Source: Squalus acanthias (lineage: Eukaryota). Taken from it: a stretch of DNA of 64,000 nucleotides. A program made the position numbers and the translations under genes. Positions 49,590 through 62,700 of this stretch are shown here, in pieces. Numbering within the stretch: the first letter of the stretch is position 1; each line of letters begins with the position of its first letter. The notes beneath the pieces were generated by a model that worked only from the letters and a program-made list of their open reading frames with translations, was not told the origin of the DNA and made no database searches. The DNA lies in the NCBI GenBank assembly GCA_030390025.1, contig CM059438.1:61630001-61694000 (forward strand), read 5' to 3'.

Positions 49590-51935
49590 TGCATCCGACT
49601 CCTCCACAAACTGCAGTGATGAATGCGTGTATCCCACTCCTCCACTCACTACAGTGATGAATGCGTGTATCCCACACCTCCACTCACTGCAGTGATGAAT
49701 GCGTGTATCCCACACCTCCACTCACTGCAGTGATGAATGCGTGTATCCCACACCTCCACAAACTGCAGAGCTGAATGCGTGTATCCCACTCCTCCACTCA
49801 CTGCAGTGACGAATGCGTGTATCCCACTCCTCCACTCGCTGCAGTGATGAATGCGTGTATCCTACACCTCCACTCACTGCAGTGATGAATGCGTGTATCC
49901 CACACCTCCACTCACTGCAGTGACGAATGCGTGTATCCCACACCTCCACTCACTGCAGTGACGAATGCGTGTATCCCACACCTCCACTCACTGCAGTGAT
50001 GAATGCGTGTATCCCACACCTCCACTCACTGCAGTGACGAATGCGTGTATCCCACTCCTCCACAAACTGCAGTGACGAATGCGTGTATCCCACACCTCCA
50101 CTCACTGCAGTGATGAATGCGTGTATCCCACACCTCCACTCACTGCAGTGATGAATGCGTGTATCCCACACCTCCACTCACTGCAGTGATGAATGCGTGT
50201 ATCCTACACCTCCACTCACTGCAGTGACGAATGCGTGTATCCTACAACTCCACAAACTGCAGTGACGAATGCGTGTATCCCACACCTCCACTCACTGCAG
50301 TGACGAATGCGTGTATCCTACAACTCCACAAACTGCAGTGATGAATGCGTGTATCCCACACCTCCACTCACTGCAGTGATGAATGCGTGTATCCCACACC
50401 TCCACAAACTGCAGTGATGAATGCGTGTATCCCACACCTCCACTCACTGCAGTGATGAATGCGTGTATCCCACACCTCAACAAACTGCAGTGATGAATGC
50501 GTGTATCCTACACCTCCACTCACTGCAGTGACGAATGCGTGTATCCTACACCTCCACTCACTGCAGTGATGAATGCGTGTATCCCACTCCTCCACAAACT
50601 GCAGTGATGAATGCGTGTATCCCACTCCTCCACAAACTACAGTGATGAATGCGTGTATCCTACACCTCCACTCACTGCAGTGATGAATGCGTGTATCCCA
50701 CACCTCCACTCACTGCAGTGATGAATGCATGTATCCTACACCTCCACTCACTGCAGTGATGAATGCATGTATCCTACACCTCCACTCACTGCAGTGATGA
50801 ATGCGTGTATCCCACACCTTCACTCACTGCAGTGATGAATGCGTGTATCCCACACCTCCACTCACTGCAGTGATGAATGCATGTATCCTACACCTCCACT
50901 CACTGCAGTGATGAATGCATGTATCCTACACCTCCACAAACTGCAGTGACGAATGCGTGTATCCTACACCTCCACTCACTGCAGTGATGAATGCATGTAT
51001 CCCACACCTCAACAAACTGCAGTGACGAATGCGTGTATCCCACACCTCAACAAACTGCAGTGATGAATGCGTGTATCCCACACCTCCACTCACTGCAGTG
51101 ATGAATGCGTGTATCCTACACCTCCACTCACTGCAGTGATGAATGCGTGTATCCTACACCTCCACTCACTGCAGTGATGAATGCATGTATCCTACACCTC
51201 CACTCACTGCAGTGATGAATGCGTGTATCCCACACCTCCACTCACTGCAGTGATGAATGCGTGTATCCTACACCTCCACAAACTGCAGTGACGAATGCAT
51301 GTATCCTACACCTCCACTCACTGCAGTGATGAATGCGTGTATCCCACACCTCCACAAACTGCAGTGATGAATGCATGTATCCTACACCTCCACAAACTGC
51401 AGTGACGAATGCATGTATCCTACACCTCCACTCACTGCAGTGATGAATGCGTGTATCCTACACCTTCACTCACTGCAGTGATGAATGCGTGTATCCCACA
51501 CCTCCACTCACTGCAGTGATGAATGCATGTATCCCACACCTCCACTCACTGCAGTGATGAATGCGTGTATCCCACACCTCCACAAACTGCAGTGATGAAT
51601 GCGTGTATCCTACAGATCCATTCACTGCAGTGATGAATGCGTGTATCCCACATCTCCACTCACTGCAGTGACGAATGCGTGTATCCCATACCTCAACAAA
51701 CTGCAGTGACGAATGCGTGTATCCCACACCTCCACTCACTGCAGTGATGAGTGCGTGTATCCCACACCTCAACAAACTGCAGTGATGAATGCGTGTATCC
51801 TACACCTCCACTCACTGCAGTGATGAATGCGTGTATCCCACACCTCCTCAAACTACAGTGATGAATGCGTGTATCCCACACCTCCACTCACTGCAGTGAT
51901 GAATGCGTGTATCCTACAGATCCATTCACTGCATT
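49590..51935. repeat. 38-bp minisatellite, ~60 copies
   Basis: CACTGCAGTGATGAATGCGTGTATCCCACACCTCCACT with variant units. Confidence 0.97.
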
Positions 51936-52149
51936 GAGGATCATGTATAGTTCCATGCAGTGCTAATTCTTGCAAAGGGTGCTACACATGCATAGTCTCA
52001 CATACAGAATCTCACACATATGTGCCGCCTCACACAAGTACACAATCTCACACTCACACATACGCATAGTCACACTGTCTCACACAACTGTACAGTCTCA
52101 CACATCTAAATAGTCTATCATACCTACCCAGTTTCTCACACCTGCAGTC

Positions 52150-52782
52150 AATGCAATCCCACACATACACGCAGTCTCACACGTACACGCAGTCTCACAC
52201 GTACACGCAGTCTCACACGTACACGCAGTCTCACACGTACACGCAGTCTCACACGTACGCGCAGTCCCACACGTACGCGCAGTCTCACACGTACGCGCAG
52301 TCTCACACGTACACGCAGTCTCACACGTACACGCAGTCTCACACGTACACGCAGTCTCACACGTACACGCAGTCTCACACTTACATGCAGTCTCACACGT
52401 ACACGCAGTCTCACACGTACACGCAGTCTCACACGTACACGCAGTCTCACACGTACACGCAGTCTCACACGTACACGCAGTCCCACACATTCATGCAGTC
52501 TCACACGTACATGCAGTCTCACACGTACACGCAGTCCCACACGTACACGCAGTCTCACACGTACACGCAGTCTCACACGTACGCGCAGTCCCACACGTAC
52601 GCGCAGTCTCACACATACGTGCAGTCTCACACATACACGCAGTCCCACACGTACACGCAGTCCCACACGTACACGCAGTCCCACACGTACACGCAGTCTC
52701 ACACGTACACGCAGTCTCACACGTACACGCAGTCTCACACGTACACGCAGTCCCACACGTACATGCAGTCTCGCACTCGTAC
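52150..52782. repeat. 18-bp minisatellite, ~35 copies
   Basis: GCAGTCTCACACGTACAC. Confidence 0.97.
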
Positions 52783-53283
52783 AGAGTTGCTTGATAGTGA
52801 CAAACTTTTAATTTTTGGCCACAGACCTTCCTTGATGGCTGAGGACCACCTGTGCATTCAGTGACTTAAGGGTGCCCTCTTTTACATTGCAGCATTGCTG
52901 TTGAAGTTAGAGCTGCAGCAGATGCTGCCGTTATAATATAACGGGACACGAGAATGGGTCAAGGCACGGTGTCCAGCAGCGCAAAGGAAATTGGGGTTTC
53001 TCACTGGGACAATGGGTGCAGGGAAAAACAATTAATTTCCTGATAGTCTGATGACTCTGATAAGGAGCCAAGGACCTGAGTCTAGTTTAGAATTCCTGGA
53101 AAATTAATCAACGTCCCCTGGACAGTCAGTGGCTGGAAGCTGTACCCTGGAACTCTGCTTCGAGCAGGTCTTGTTTCAAACTGGATTCTTCGTGCCAGTG
53201 TTAGTCGAGGTGCGTTTAGTTCTCAATTCAGCTTACGCTGTGTGTCTCTGTATGAAGCTAACGTCAGATTCCTGCTGTTGCAG

Positions 53284-53359
53284 TTTGGACTTTTTGCGGT
53301 TGACCAGAAGTCATTCGTGTTCCCCCAGAACCAGGGGCAGCCCTGTCGCTCTCAAAAAG
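53284..53359 (+). CDS. c9orf43: C9orf43-like, putative bridging exon (LDFLRLTRSHSCSPRTRGSPVALKK)
   Basis: TTGCAG acceptor, AAG|GTTGGT donor, phase 2-0 links the flanking exons. Confidence 0.5.
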
Positions 53360-54154
53360 GTTGGTGTGAAGGGTCCCGTTGCAGGGGCGTGGGGCGTGCG
53401 GGGGGGTGCCGCGAGTGGGGGTTCATGCACAGTGTGTCAGGGGCCCCTCTTTTCTGTCATTGTTTGGTGCGTAGCTGGTGGGGGGTGGGTGGTGGGGGGT
53501 TGTCTATCTTTAACTGGGATTCTCATGGGTTGGTGTGAAGGATCACCCCCTCGTGTCAGTGTATGGTCCCAACTCTGGTTGGACATATTCCTGGAAATTG
53601 CATCACATGGCCTCCAGCCTCCACACTCCATTGGGCACCTGACCTGCCCATCCTCATGGTGCTCCGCCTTCCTACGCCAATTGGAAAGTGAATAGACACT
53701 TTATTACCCGTTTGGAAGATTCCTGACTCTCAGTCAAACAGCATTCTTTCCCATGTCCAATATTTTTCTAACTAGTAAACAAAAGAGATCAAAGAATTTT
53801 TTTTTTTTTAAATACTATTTTTATTTTATCGCCACCCCCCCCTAATGATTTTTCTCCTGGGCTGCTCGCAGCAGTTGTCCTGGAGATTAGTCTTTGATCC
53901 CTGGAGACTCCAGACGTAGTCAGGGTATCGCACTGGGTCCCAGTGCAGCCACCCCGGGGCAGTGTGAACGAGCTGCTGTCCGCCTGAGCTCTGACAGAGT
54001 TTGCTTACTCCGTGGATTTTTTTCCTTTGGTGCGTTTATTTCTATTTTCTTTTGAATGTTCTTCACCTCTCCCCCGTTCCTCCCCCCCGCCACCCCCACC
54101 ACCAACGATCAGGGGTCAGGGGGCACACGCACTATTACCTGCCGACTGCAACAT

Positions 54155-54334
54155 AAAGAAAGAAAAGACTTGCATTTCTATCACGCTTTTCACAACCTCA
54201 GGACGTCCCAAAGTGCTTTACAGCCAATGAAGTTACTTTTTGAAGTGCCGTCACTGTTGTAATGTAGGAAACGCGGCAGCTAATTTGTGCACAACAAGGT
54301 TCCACAAACAGCAATGTGATAATGACCAGATCAT
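54155..54334 (-). mobile_element. SINE 3' fragment
   Basis: Matches the tail of the 37502 copy. Confidence 0.75.
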
Positions 54335-55474
54335 CCACAGAGGACCTGCTCTGTAACTAGTTACGGAGAAATGCACAGGAGGCTTGGAATCTGTCTTCAG
54401 CCACGCACCTTCCGTCCTTCACTCGCTGGCTGTTTGATCGGCAGCTTCACCAAGAATGGCGTTGTGGACACAAACCCACGTCCTGTCACTCTGCAGGTCA
54501 GTGCAGCAATGTGTCATAGCACCAGACAAGTGCCCTCCACTTCTTCCTTGAACAGAGGCCCAACCAGTCCCCATCCACCACCACCCTCCTCCGCCTGGCT
54601 AAACTTGTTCTCACATTGAACAACTTCTCCTTTGACTCCACTCACTTCCTCCAAATAAAAGGTGTTGCTATGGGAACCCATATGGGTCCTAGTTATGCCT
54701 GCCTGTTTGTGGGATATGTGGAACATTCTTTGTTCTAGTCCTACTCAGGTCCCCTCCCTCACCTCTTTTTCCAGTACATTGATGACTGTATCGGTGCCGT
54801 TTCCTGCTCTCGCCCTGAACTGGAAAATTTCATCAACTTTGCTTCCAATTTCCACCCCTCCCTCGCCCCCACATGGTCCATCTCCGACACTTCCCTTCCC
54901 TTCCGCAACTTCTTTATCTCCATTTCTGGGGATAGACTATCGACCAATATCTACTATAAGCCCACTGACTCCCACAGCTACCTTGATTACTCTTCCTCCC
55001 ACCTCGCTTCCTGTAAGGAATCTATTCCATTCTCCCAGTTTCTCTGTCTCTGCGCATCTGTTCTGATGATGTCACCTTCCATACCAGTGCTTCCGATATG
55101 TCTGCCCTTTTCCTCAACCGAGGATTCCCCTCTACCGTGGTTGACAGGGCCCTTGACCGTGTCCGTCCCATTTCCCACACCTCTGCTCTCACCCCTTCCC
55201 CTCCCTCCCAGAACCATGATAGGGTTCCCCTTGTCCTCATCTTTCACCCCACCAGCCTCCACATTCAACAGATCATCCTCCGCCATTCCCACTACCTCCA
55301 GCGTGATCCCACCACCAAACACATCTCCTCCCCTTTCAGCATTCCGAAGGAACCGTTCCCTCTGCAACACCCTGGTCCACTCTTCAATCACCCCCAACAC
55401 TCCCTCCCCTTTCCATGGCACCTTCTCGTGCAAGCACAGGAGATGCAGCACCTGCCTTTTTACCTCCTCCCTTC

Positions 55475-58400
55475 TGATGATCGATGACAACCTACACGTA
55501 GTCTCCCTGTGTGTGCTAGTTCACTGAGAACCTGCCAGCTAGTGTCATCAAGAAGATGACCAGACGTGCCGAAGTGGCCTCCCGGTCGGTCTGAAAAGCT
55601 TGAAAGCATCGAACAGGTCGACCAAAGTTCCCTTTCAGGAATAACCAACCAAGATAATCGGCCCAGCACTCCACATTTATCAACTCAACTTTGAAGGCCT
55701 ATCTAGAGTGAAGAGTGAGCTCTTGTCAATGGAACTTAGAATGCAAATGATTGACATTCTTGCCCTCCAAGAAACCCATCTACCTGAACCAACCCATATC
55801 GGATACAGATACATGGGTTCCACATGGTAGCGTGCCGATACCACGTGAAATACGGTATGGCCACATACGTACGGGCCGACCTAGTCACCGAAGCTGAAGA
55901 AATCCCACCAGAAGACAGCTCACCATTCTCAGAGTGGGCAAGCTGACCATCGGGAACGTCTACAAGTCGCCAACGGAGACATGGCCAACCATCGCCCTAC
56001 CAAACGCTAACCACCTAGTCATCTACATCGGCGATTTCAACAGCCACCACTACATGTGGAGCTACCAAAAAGTAGACCGAGTGGGCGAACAACTAAAAGC
56101 CTGGGCGCTGGCCTCCGATATCCATCTCGTCTTCGAGGCCAAACAGCCAGGCACCTTTTTCTCTGCCCGCTGGCGGAAGGCATACTCACCGGACCTCTGT
56201 TTCACGACTGGTGACAGCAAAGGACAGCCAGCCGCTCACCTGCTCCTGGAAGACCCTGCTCATAACACCGATCCAGCATCGTACATGCAGCGATCAAGGT
56301 GCCGACAGTCATCTCAGTCCCGAAACCAAGATGGAGCTTCCGTAAGGCTTCACCACCCACCCTTCATGAGCATTGTCGAGGACACAATCCAGAGAATACC
56401 GCCGTCCCCAAACAAGTGCGACCGCTTTGCTCGACTGCTGAAAGTGAGGGGCTGCCAGAAGCATCCCGCGAGGCTACCTGGAAAGAATACGGGCCACGCT
56501 GGTCCCAGGAGAGCGAGAAACTGCTGGCAGAGTTCAATCTCATTCAAGACCCGGATACAGCAACAGCGCTCATGGATTCCCTTGATGAAGGCAGATTAGC
56601 GCGATGGCGAGAAACCACTGGGGACCTGGATTTCTCACACTCCAGCAGGGAACCCTGGAGTCTGCTCCGCCGGCTTGGCTCCGCCTCAGTGCCCCCACGT
56701 GAGGCGCCAAAGGTCAGTGCAGATGCCACTGCGGCCCGACTCCTAACCAACTCGAAGGTAACGGCCGCCACTGAAAACAAACGCAGAGTGAAAAAGCTGC
56801 TTAAGCTCTCTCTGTAAAAAGCCGCTCCGCACACCACCTTCGCGACGGCCTTCAACCACCGAAGAGATGGACGCCGCGCCGACAGCCACCAAGCCTGGGA
56901 AGGCCGCCGGGATCAATGGCATCTACCCAGAATTCCTCGGGATCCAGGCCCCCAAATAGACGGATGTGGCTTGCCAAACTCGCCTCCAACATCCTTGACA
57001 CTGGGATAATCCCGGGAGTCTGGCGCCATTCCAAAGTTGTTGATATCCTAAAGCCATGAAAACCAGCCAACGTTCCCAAAACCTACCGGCCCATCGCCCT
57101 TCTGTCTATGGCTGACAAGGTGGTCGAACAGATCATCCTTAACCGGATAAAACCGGCTTTGGAAGCTGCCCTCCCACGCGAGCAGGCGGGCTTCAGAGAG
57201 GGAAGAAGCTGCTCTGACCAGGTCCTTACACTCACTGCCAACGTTGAGGCAGGGTTCCAGAAGCAGCTGAAGACCGGAGCTGCCTTCATAGACTTGTCGT
57301 CGGCTTACGACACTGTCTGGCGCGAAGGTCTGCTACTGAAGCTTTCAATAATCATCCACTGCCGCAAGACTCTCAGGCTTATCAACACCCTGGGCGACGA
57401 GCGACCGCAAGTTCTGTGTCTATCTTGGTGACAAGACCAGCTGAAGACGGACGCTCGGCCACAGGGGTCGGTGCTCGCACTGGCCTTTTTCAACATCTAC
57501 ACGGCAAACATGCCCTGCACCAAACCCCAGAGGTTCGTGTATGCCGATGACGTAGCACTGCTGACGCAGATATCAACGCTGGAGGATGCAAGTCGGACGC
57601 TCACAAGTGACCTGGACCTACTGTAACGTTACATCTGGACCTGGCGTCTCCGCCCCAATCCAGAGAAGAAAGTCTCGTTGTCGTTCCATCTGAACAACAA
57701 CACCGCCGGGAAAGAAGTCAACGTTTCCTTCTGCGGAAGGCGACTTACCCATGAACCCCACCCAAAATACCTGGGCGTCACCCTGGACAGGACTCTCACC
57801 CGTCAGCCTCATCTCACCAACACCGGCCAAAAAATAAAAACCAGGGTGAACCTGGTCCGGAATCTCGCTGGAATGTCACGGAGCAGCACAACCAGAACAC
57901 TCCGCACCGCAACAGTGGCCCCCGTCTACTCTACTGCAGAATACTGCTCTGCCTCATGGTCCTGCAGCCGCCACACAAAGACCGTGGACGTGGAGCGAAA
58001 CGCCGCCATGCGGACGGTGTCAGGGACGCTCGAGTCCACTCCAACTGAGTGGCTCCCGGTGCTGTCCCACATTGCCCTGCCCGCCATTTGCCACGACGCC
58101 ACCGTGCTCCATTCACGAAGACTTGAAAAATCCACCACAAAAAGCCTTTAAAATTGCACCGGCCATTCTGAGAAACAGCAGCTGGTATCAACCCACTATC
58201 CAGGTGGACGGAATTGTGGGACACATGCCGCATAAAGAACCAACGCCTCATCACTGACCCAACAGCAGAGGTCCCTGGCTTCGACCGCCCTCGAAGACTG
58301 TGGTCAGCGCTCAACGCAATCCGCACAGGGCGCGGACGATGCGGCCACCTGCTCCACAAGTGGAAGATGAGGGACGACCCGAAGTGCGACTATGGCCATG

Positions 58401-58558
58401 AGTCCCAGACCGTGGAACACATCACATCAACCTGCCCACTGAGATCTGCTGCGGGAGGCACCTCATTTCTTTACTCGTCATCTCAGGAGGCCATCGAATG
58501 GAGAGCCAAACTAGACATCCCATTATAAGCTTTTCCCATCATACGAAAGTAGTGGTAG
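55475..58558 (+). mobile_element. Vingi/Ingi-like non-LTR retrotransposon (~3.1 kb), frameshifted
   Basis: APE (ALQETH, IGDFN, PDL), RT (YRPIALL, QAGFR, FIDLSSAYD, YADD) and C-terminal C..(C)G...QT.EH....C; TSD CTCCTCCCTTC (55464-55474 / 58559-58569). Confidence 0.8.
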
Positions 58559-59181
58559 CTCCTCCCTTCCCACTGTCCAGGGCCACAACTCCTTCCATGT
58601 CAAACAGCGATTTACTTGTACATCTTTCAATTTAATATACTGTATTCGCTGCTCACGATGCGGTCCCCTCTACATTGCGGAGTCCAAACGCAGACTGGGT
58701 GATCGCTTTGCGGAACACCTCCGTTCAGTCCGCAAACGTGACCCCGAGCTTCCGGTCGCCTGTCATTTTAATTCTCCACCCCACTCCTCTAACCTCTCCG
58801 TCCTTGGCCTCCTACACTGTGCCAATGAAGCTCAACGTAAGCTCGAGGAACAGCACCTCATCTTTCAATTAGGCACTTTACAGCCTTCTGGACTCAACAT
58901 CGAGTTCAGCAATTTCAGACCACAACCACTGCCCCAATTTTTTCGGACGGCAGCTGTTGCTGATGATTCTGCTTTTCCCATTTTCACCTCTTCTAGACCC
59001 ATCTTTTGTTTCTTTATTTGTCCCATTACCATCTCCTTTTGCCTTGCACCATCATCCCTTTAGTCATTTAATCTCTCCTGCCTTCCATCCTATCACAGAC
59101 CTTCCCTTTTGTTCTTTCCTCCCCTCCCCCCTTTCCCTGCCCTGCACTTGCTTAAAACCTGTTACATCTCTGACTTTTTCC

Positions 59182-59218
59182 AGTTCTGACGAAAGGTCAT
59201 CGACCTGAAACGTTAACT
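59182..59218 (+). ncRNA. Minimal type I hammerhead ribozyme motif
   Basis: AGTT-CTGACGA-A-AGGTC(ATC)GACCT-GAAA-CGTT-AACT. Confidence 0.8.
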
Positions 59219-59419
59219 CTGTTTCTCTCTCCAATGATGCTGCCTGACCTGCTGAGTATTTCCAGCATTTTCTATTTTTATTTCAGATTTCCAACATCCG
59301 CAGTATTTTGCTTTCGAAGTAAAATCAAGTATTTGCTCATAGAACAGGTGTGTGGGTTTTTTTGGCTTGTGTAATCCTGACGCCAGACCCCAGTAACAGT
59401 GTAGACTCTATGTTTACAG

Positions 59420-59541
59420 GTTGACGTAATGGATTTAACGCAACATCCGTCATCCTGTGACCAGTACCTGGAGAAGGCCATGTTAATCTGGGTCCCAAAC
59501 CCTCAGAACAAGATGAATTGGCAGAAAAAGCACGTACAATC
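59420..59541 (+). CDS. c9orf43: C9orf43-like exon (VDVMDLTQ...KAMLIWVPNP...)
   Basis: TGTTTACAG acceptor phase 0, GTAAGA donor; hydrophobic-W-V/I-P block recalled from C9orf43. Confidence 0.62.
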
Positions 59542-59719
59542 GTAAGAATCAATGCCAAAGCTCAGTTTCTCAGTAAATTAGACACGCAAGTCGACATAGA
59601 GGGGCAACCATGGAATCGTAAGAGGATTCTTCGGTTCTGCTGGCCAGGAAACCTTTTGTCTTCCCCATCCCGCCACCTAGCAAGCTGGTCGAATTATACC
59701 GGGGCTAAAAGGGTTAAAT

Positions 59720-62700
59720 TAGTAGGACAGGTTGCATAGACTAGGCTTGTATTCCCTTGCGCATAAAAGATTAAGGGGTGATCTAATTGAGGTGTTTGTT
59801 GATTGACGGATTTGATAGGGTCGATAGAGAGAAACTATTTCCTCTGGTGGGGGAGTCCAGAACAAGGGGGCAAAATTAGAGCTAGGCCATTCAGGGGTGA
59901 TATCAGGAAGCACTTCTTCACGCAAAAACTTCTATAGGTATGTAAAAAGGAAAAGATTAATGAAAGTAAATGTGGGTCCCTTACAGGCTGAGACAGGAGA
60001 AATTATAATGGGGAATTCGGAACTGGCAGAGAAATTAAACAAATACTTTGTGTCTGTCTTTACGGAAGAAGACGCAAAAAACCTCCCGGAAATAGTGGAG
60101 AACCAAGGGTCTAGCGAGAATGAGGAACTGAAAGAAATTAGTATTAGTAAAAATATAGTACTGGAGAAATTAATGGGACTGAAAGCTGATAAATCCCCTG
60201 GACCTGATGGCCTACATCCTAGGGTTTTGAAAGAGTTGGCTATAGGGATAGTGGATGCGTTGGTTGTCATCTTCCAAAATTCCATTGATTTTAGAACGGT
60301 TCCTGCGAATTGGAAGGTAGCAAATGTAACCCCACTATTTAAGAAAGGAGGGAGAGAGAAAATGGGGTACTACAGACCAGTTAGCCTGACATCAGTAGTA
60401 GGGAAAATGCTAGAATCTATTATTGAGGACTTGGTAATAGGGCACTTAGAAAATAATAATAGGATTGGGCAGAGTCAACACAGATTTATGAAAGGGAAAT
60501 CATGTTTAACGAATCTGTTAGAGTTTTTTGAGGTTGTAACTAGCAGAATAGATAAGGGGAACCAGTGGATGTGGTGTATTTGGATTTTCAGGAGGCATTC
60601 GATAAGGTACCACACAAGAGGTTATTAAACAAAATTAGGGCTCATGGGATTGGGGGTAATATACTAGCATGGATTGGATTGGTTAACGGACAGAAAGCAG
60701 AGAGTAGGAATAATCGGGTCTTTTTCAGGTTGGCAGGCTGTAACTAGTGGGGTACCGCAAGGATTGGTGCTTGGGCCTCAGCTATTCACAATCTATATCA
60801 ATAATTTGGATGAGAGGACCAAATGTAATATATCCAAGTTTGCTGATGATACAAAGCTAGGTGGGAATGTAAGTTGTGAGTAGGACGCAAAGAGGCTTCA
60901 AGGGGATATAGACAGGCTAAGTGAGTGGGCAAGAACATGGCATATGGAATATAATGTGGAGATATATAAAGTTATCCACTTTGGTAGGAAAAATAGAAAA
61001 ACAGAGTATTTTTTAAAAGGTGAGAGATTGGGAAATGTTGGTGTTCAGAGGGATCTGGGTGTCCTTGTACACGAATCACTGAAAGTTAACATGCAGGTAC
61101 AGCAAGCAATTAAGAAAGCAAATGGTATGTTACATAGAAACATAGAAGATAGGAGCAGAACTGGGCCATTCGGCCCCTCGAGCCTGCTCCGCCATTCAAT
61201 GTGATCATGGCTGATCATCCAAATTCAGAACCCTGTCCCTGCTTTCTCCCCATATCCCTTGATCCCTTTAGCCTTAAGAAATATATCCAACTCCTTCTTG
61301 AATATATTTAATGAATTGGCCTCTACTGCCTTCTGTGGTAGAGAATTCCACAGGTTCACCACTCTCTGGGTGAAGAAATTCCTCCTCATTTCTGTCCTAA
61401 ATGGCTTATCCCTTATCCTTAGACTGTGACCCCTGGTTCTGGACTCCCCGACCATCGGGAACATCCTTCCTGCATCTAGTCTGTCCAGTCCTGTCAGAAT
61501 TTTATAAGTTTCAATGAGATCCCCTCTCATTCTTCTAAACTCCAGCAAGTATAAGCCCAATCGACCCAATCTCTCCTCATACGTCATTCCTGCCATCCCA
61601 GGTATCAGCCTGGTGAATCTTCGCTGAACTCCTTCCATGGCAAGAACCTCCTTCCTCAGATAAGGCGACCAAAACTGCACACAATACTCAAGATGTGGTC
61701 TCACCAAGGCCCTGTACAACTGCAGCAAGACATCCTTGTTCCTGTACTCAAACCCTCTCGCTACGAAGGCCAACATACCATTTGCCTTCTTAACCGCCTG
61801 CTGCACCTGCATGCTTATCTTCAGCGACTGGTGCACAAGGACACCCAGGTCTCGTTGCACTTCCCCTTTTCCCAATCTATTGCCATTCAGATAATAATCT
61901 GCCTTCCTGTTTTTGACACCAAAGTGGATAACCTCGCATTTATCCACGTTATATTGTATCTGCCATGCATCTGCCCAATCACCCAACCTGTCTAAATCAT
62001 ACTGGAGTTTCTCGGCATCCTCCTCACAGCACACACGCCCACCCAGCTTTGTGTCATCTGCAAACTTGGAGATATTACATCTAGTTCCCTTGTCTAGATC
62101 ATTAATATATATTGTGAATAGCTGGGGTCCAAGGACCGATCCCTGCAGTACCCCACTAGTCACTGCCTGCCACTTGGAAAAAGACCCATTTATTCCAACT
62201 CTTTGCTTTCTGTCTGCCAACCAGTTCTCTATCCAAGTCAATACCTTGCCCCCAATCCCATGTGCCTTAACTTTACATGCTAATCTCTTAGGCGGGACCT
62301 TATCGAAAGCCTTTTGAAAGTCCAAATACACCACATCCACTGGTTCTCCCTTATCTATTTTACCAGTTACATCCTCAAAAAATTCCAGTAGATTAGTGAA
62401 GCATGATTTACCTTTTGTAAATCCATGTTGACTTTGTCCGATCCGGTCACTGTTTTCCAAGTGCTCTGCTATTACATCTTTTATAATGGACTCTAGCATT
62501 TTCCCCACTACCGATGTCAGGCTTACCGATCTGTAATTCCCCGTTTTCTCTCTACCACCTTTTTTGAATAGTGGGGTAACATTAGCTACCCTCCAATCCA
62601 TGGGTATTGTTCCAGATTCCATCGAATGTTGGCCTTTATTACAAGAGGATTCGAGTATAAGAGTAAAGGTGTCTTACTGCAATTATATAGGGCCCTGGTG

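Larger units (their letters stand above)
54510..59312 (+). mobile_element. Penelope-like element (RT + GIY-YIG + 3' UTR), degenerate, split by a LINE insertion
   Basis: GVAMGT.MGPSYA and YIDD RT motifs; same family as 32169..33407; resumes at 58559. Confidence 0.9.

Noticed and set aside
49590..51935. CRISPR-like array, or repetitive ORFs (MEVWDTRIHH...)
   Set aside because: Head-to-tail units with no unique spacers, no cas genes, eukaryotic context; the ORFs are repeat artefacts
52098..52864. CETACT, VRLRVR and QSHTYT repeat proteins
   Set aside because: Translations of a stop-free 18-bp minisatellite, open in several frames, with no splice support
53129..53208. Additional C9orf43-like exon ending at GAG|GTGCGT
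   Set aside because: Weak acceptor and no phase-compatible open frame with neighbouring exons
55475..55600. HDV-like ribozyme at the 5' end of the Vingi/Ingi-like LINE
   Set aside because: Reported for some Ingi-group elements, but I could not fold a convincing nested double pseudoknot by eye; needs an RNAmotif/Infernal search
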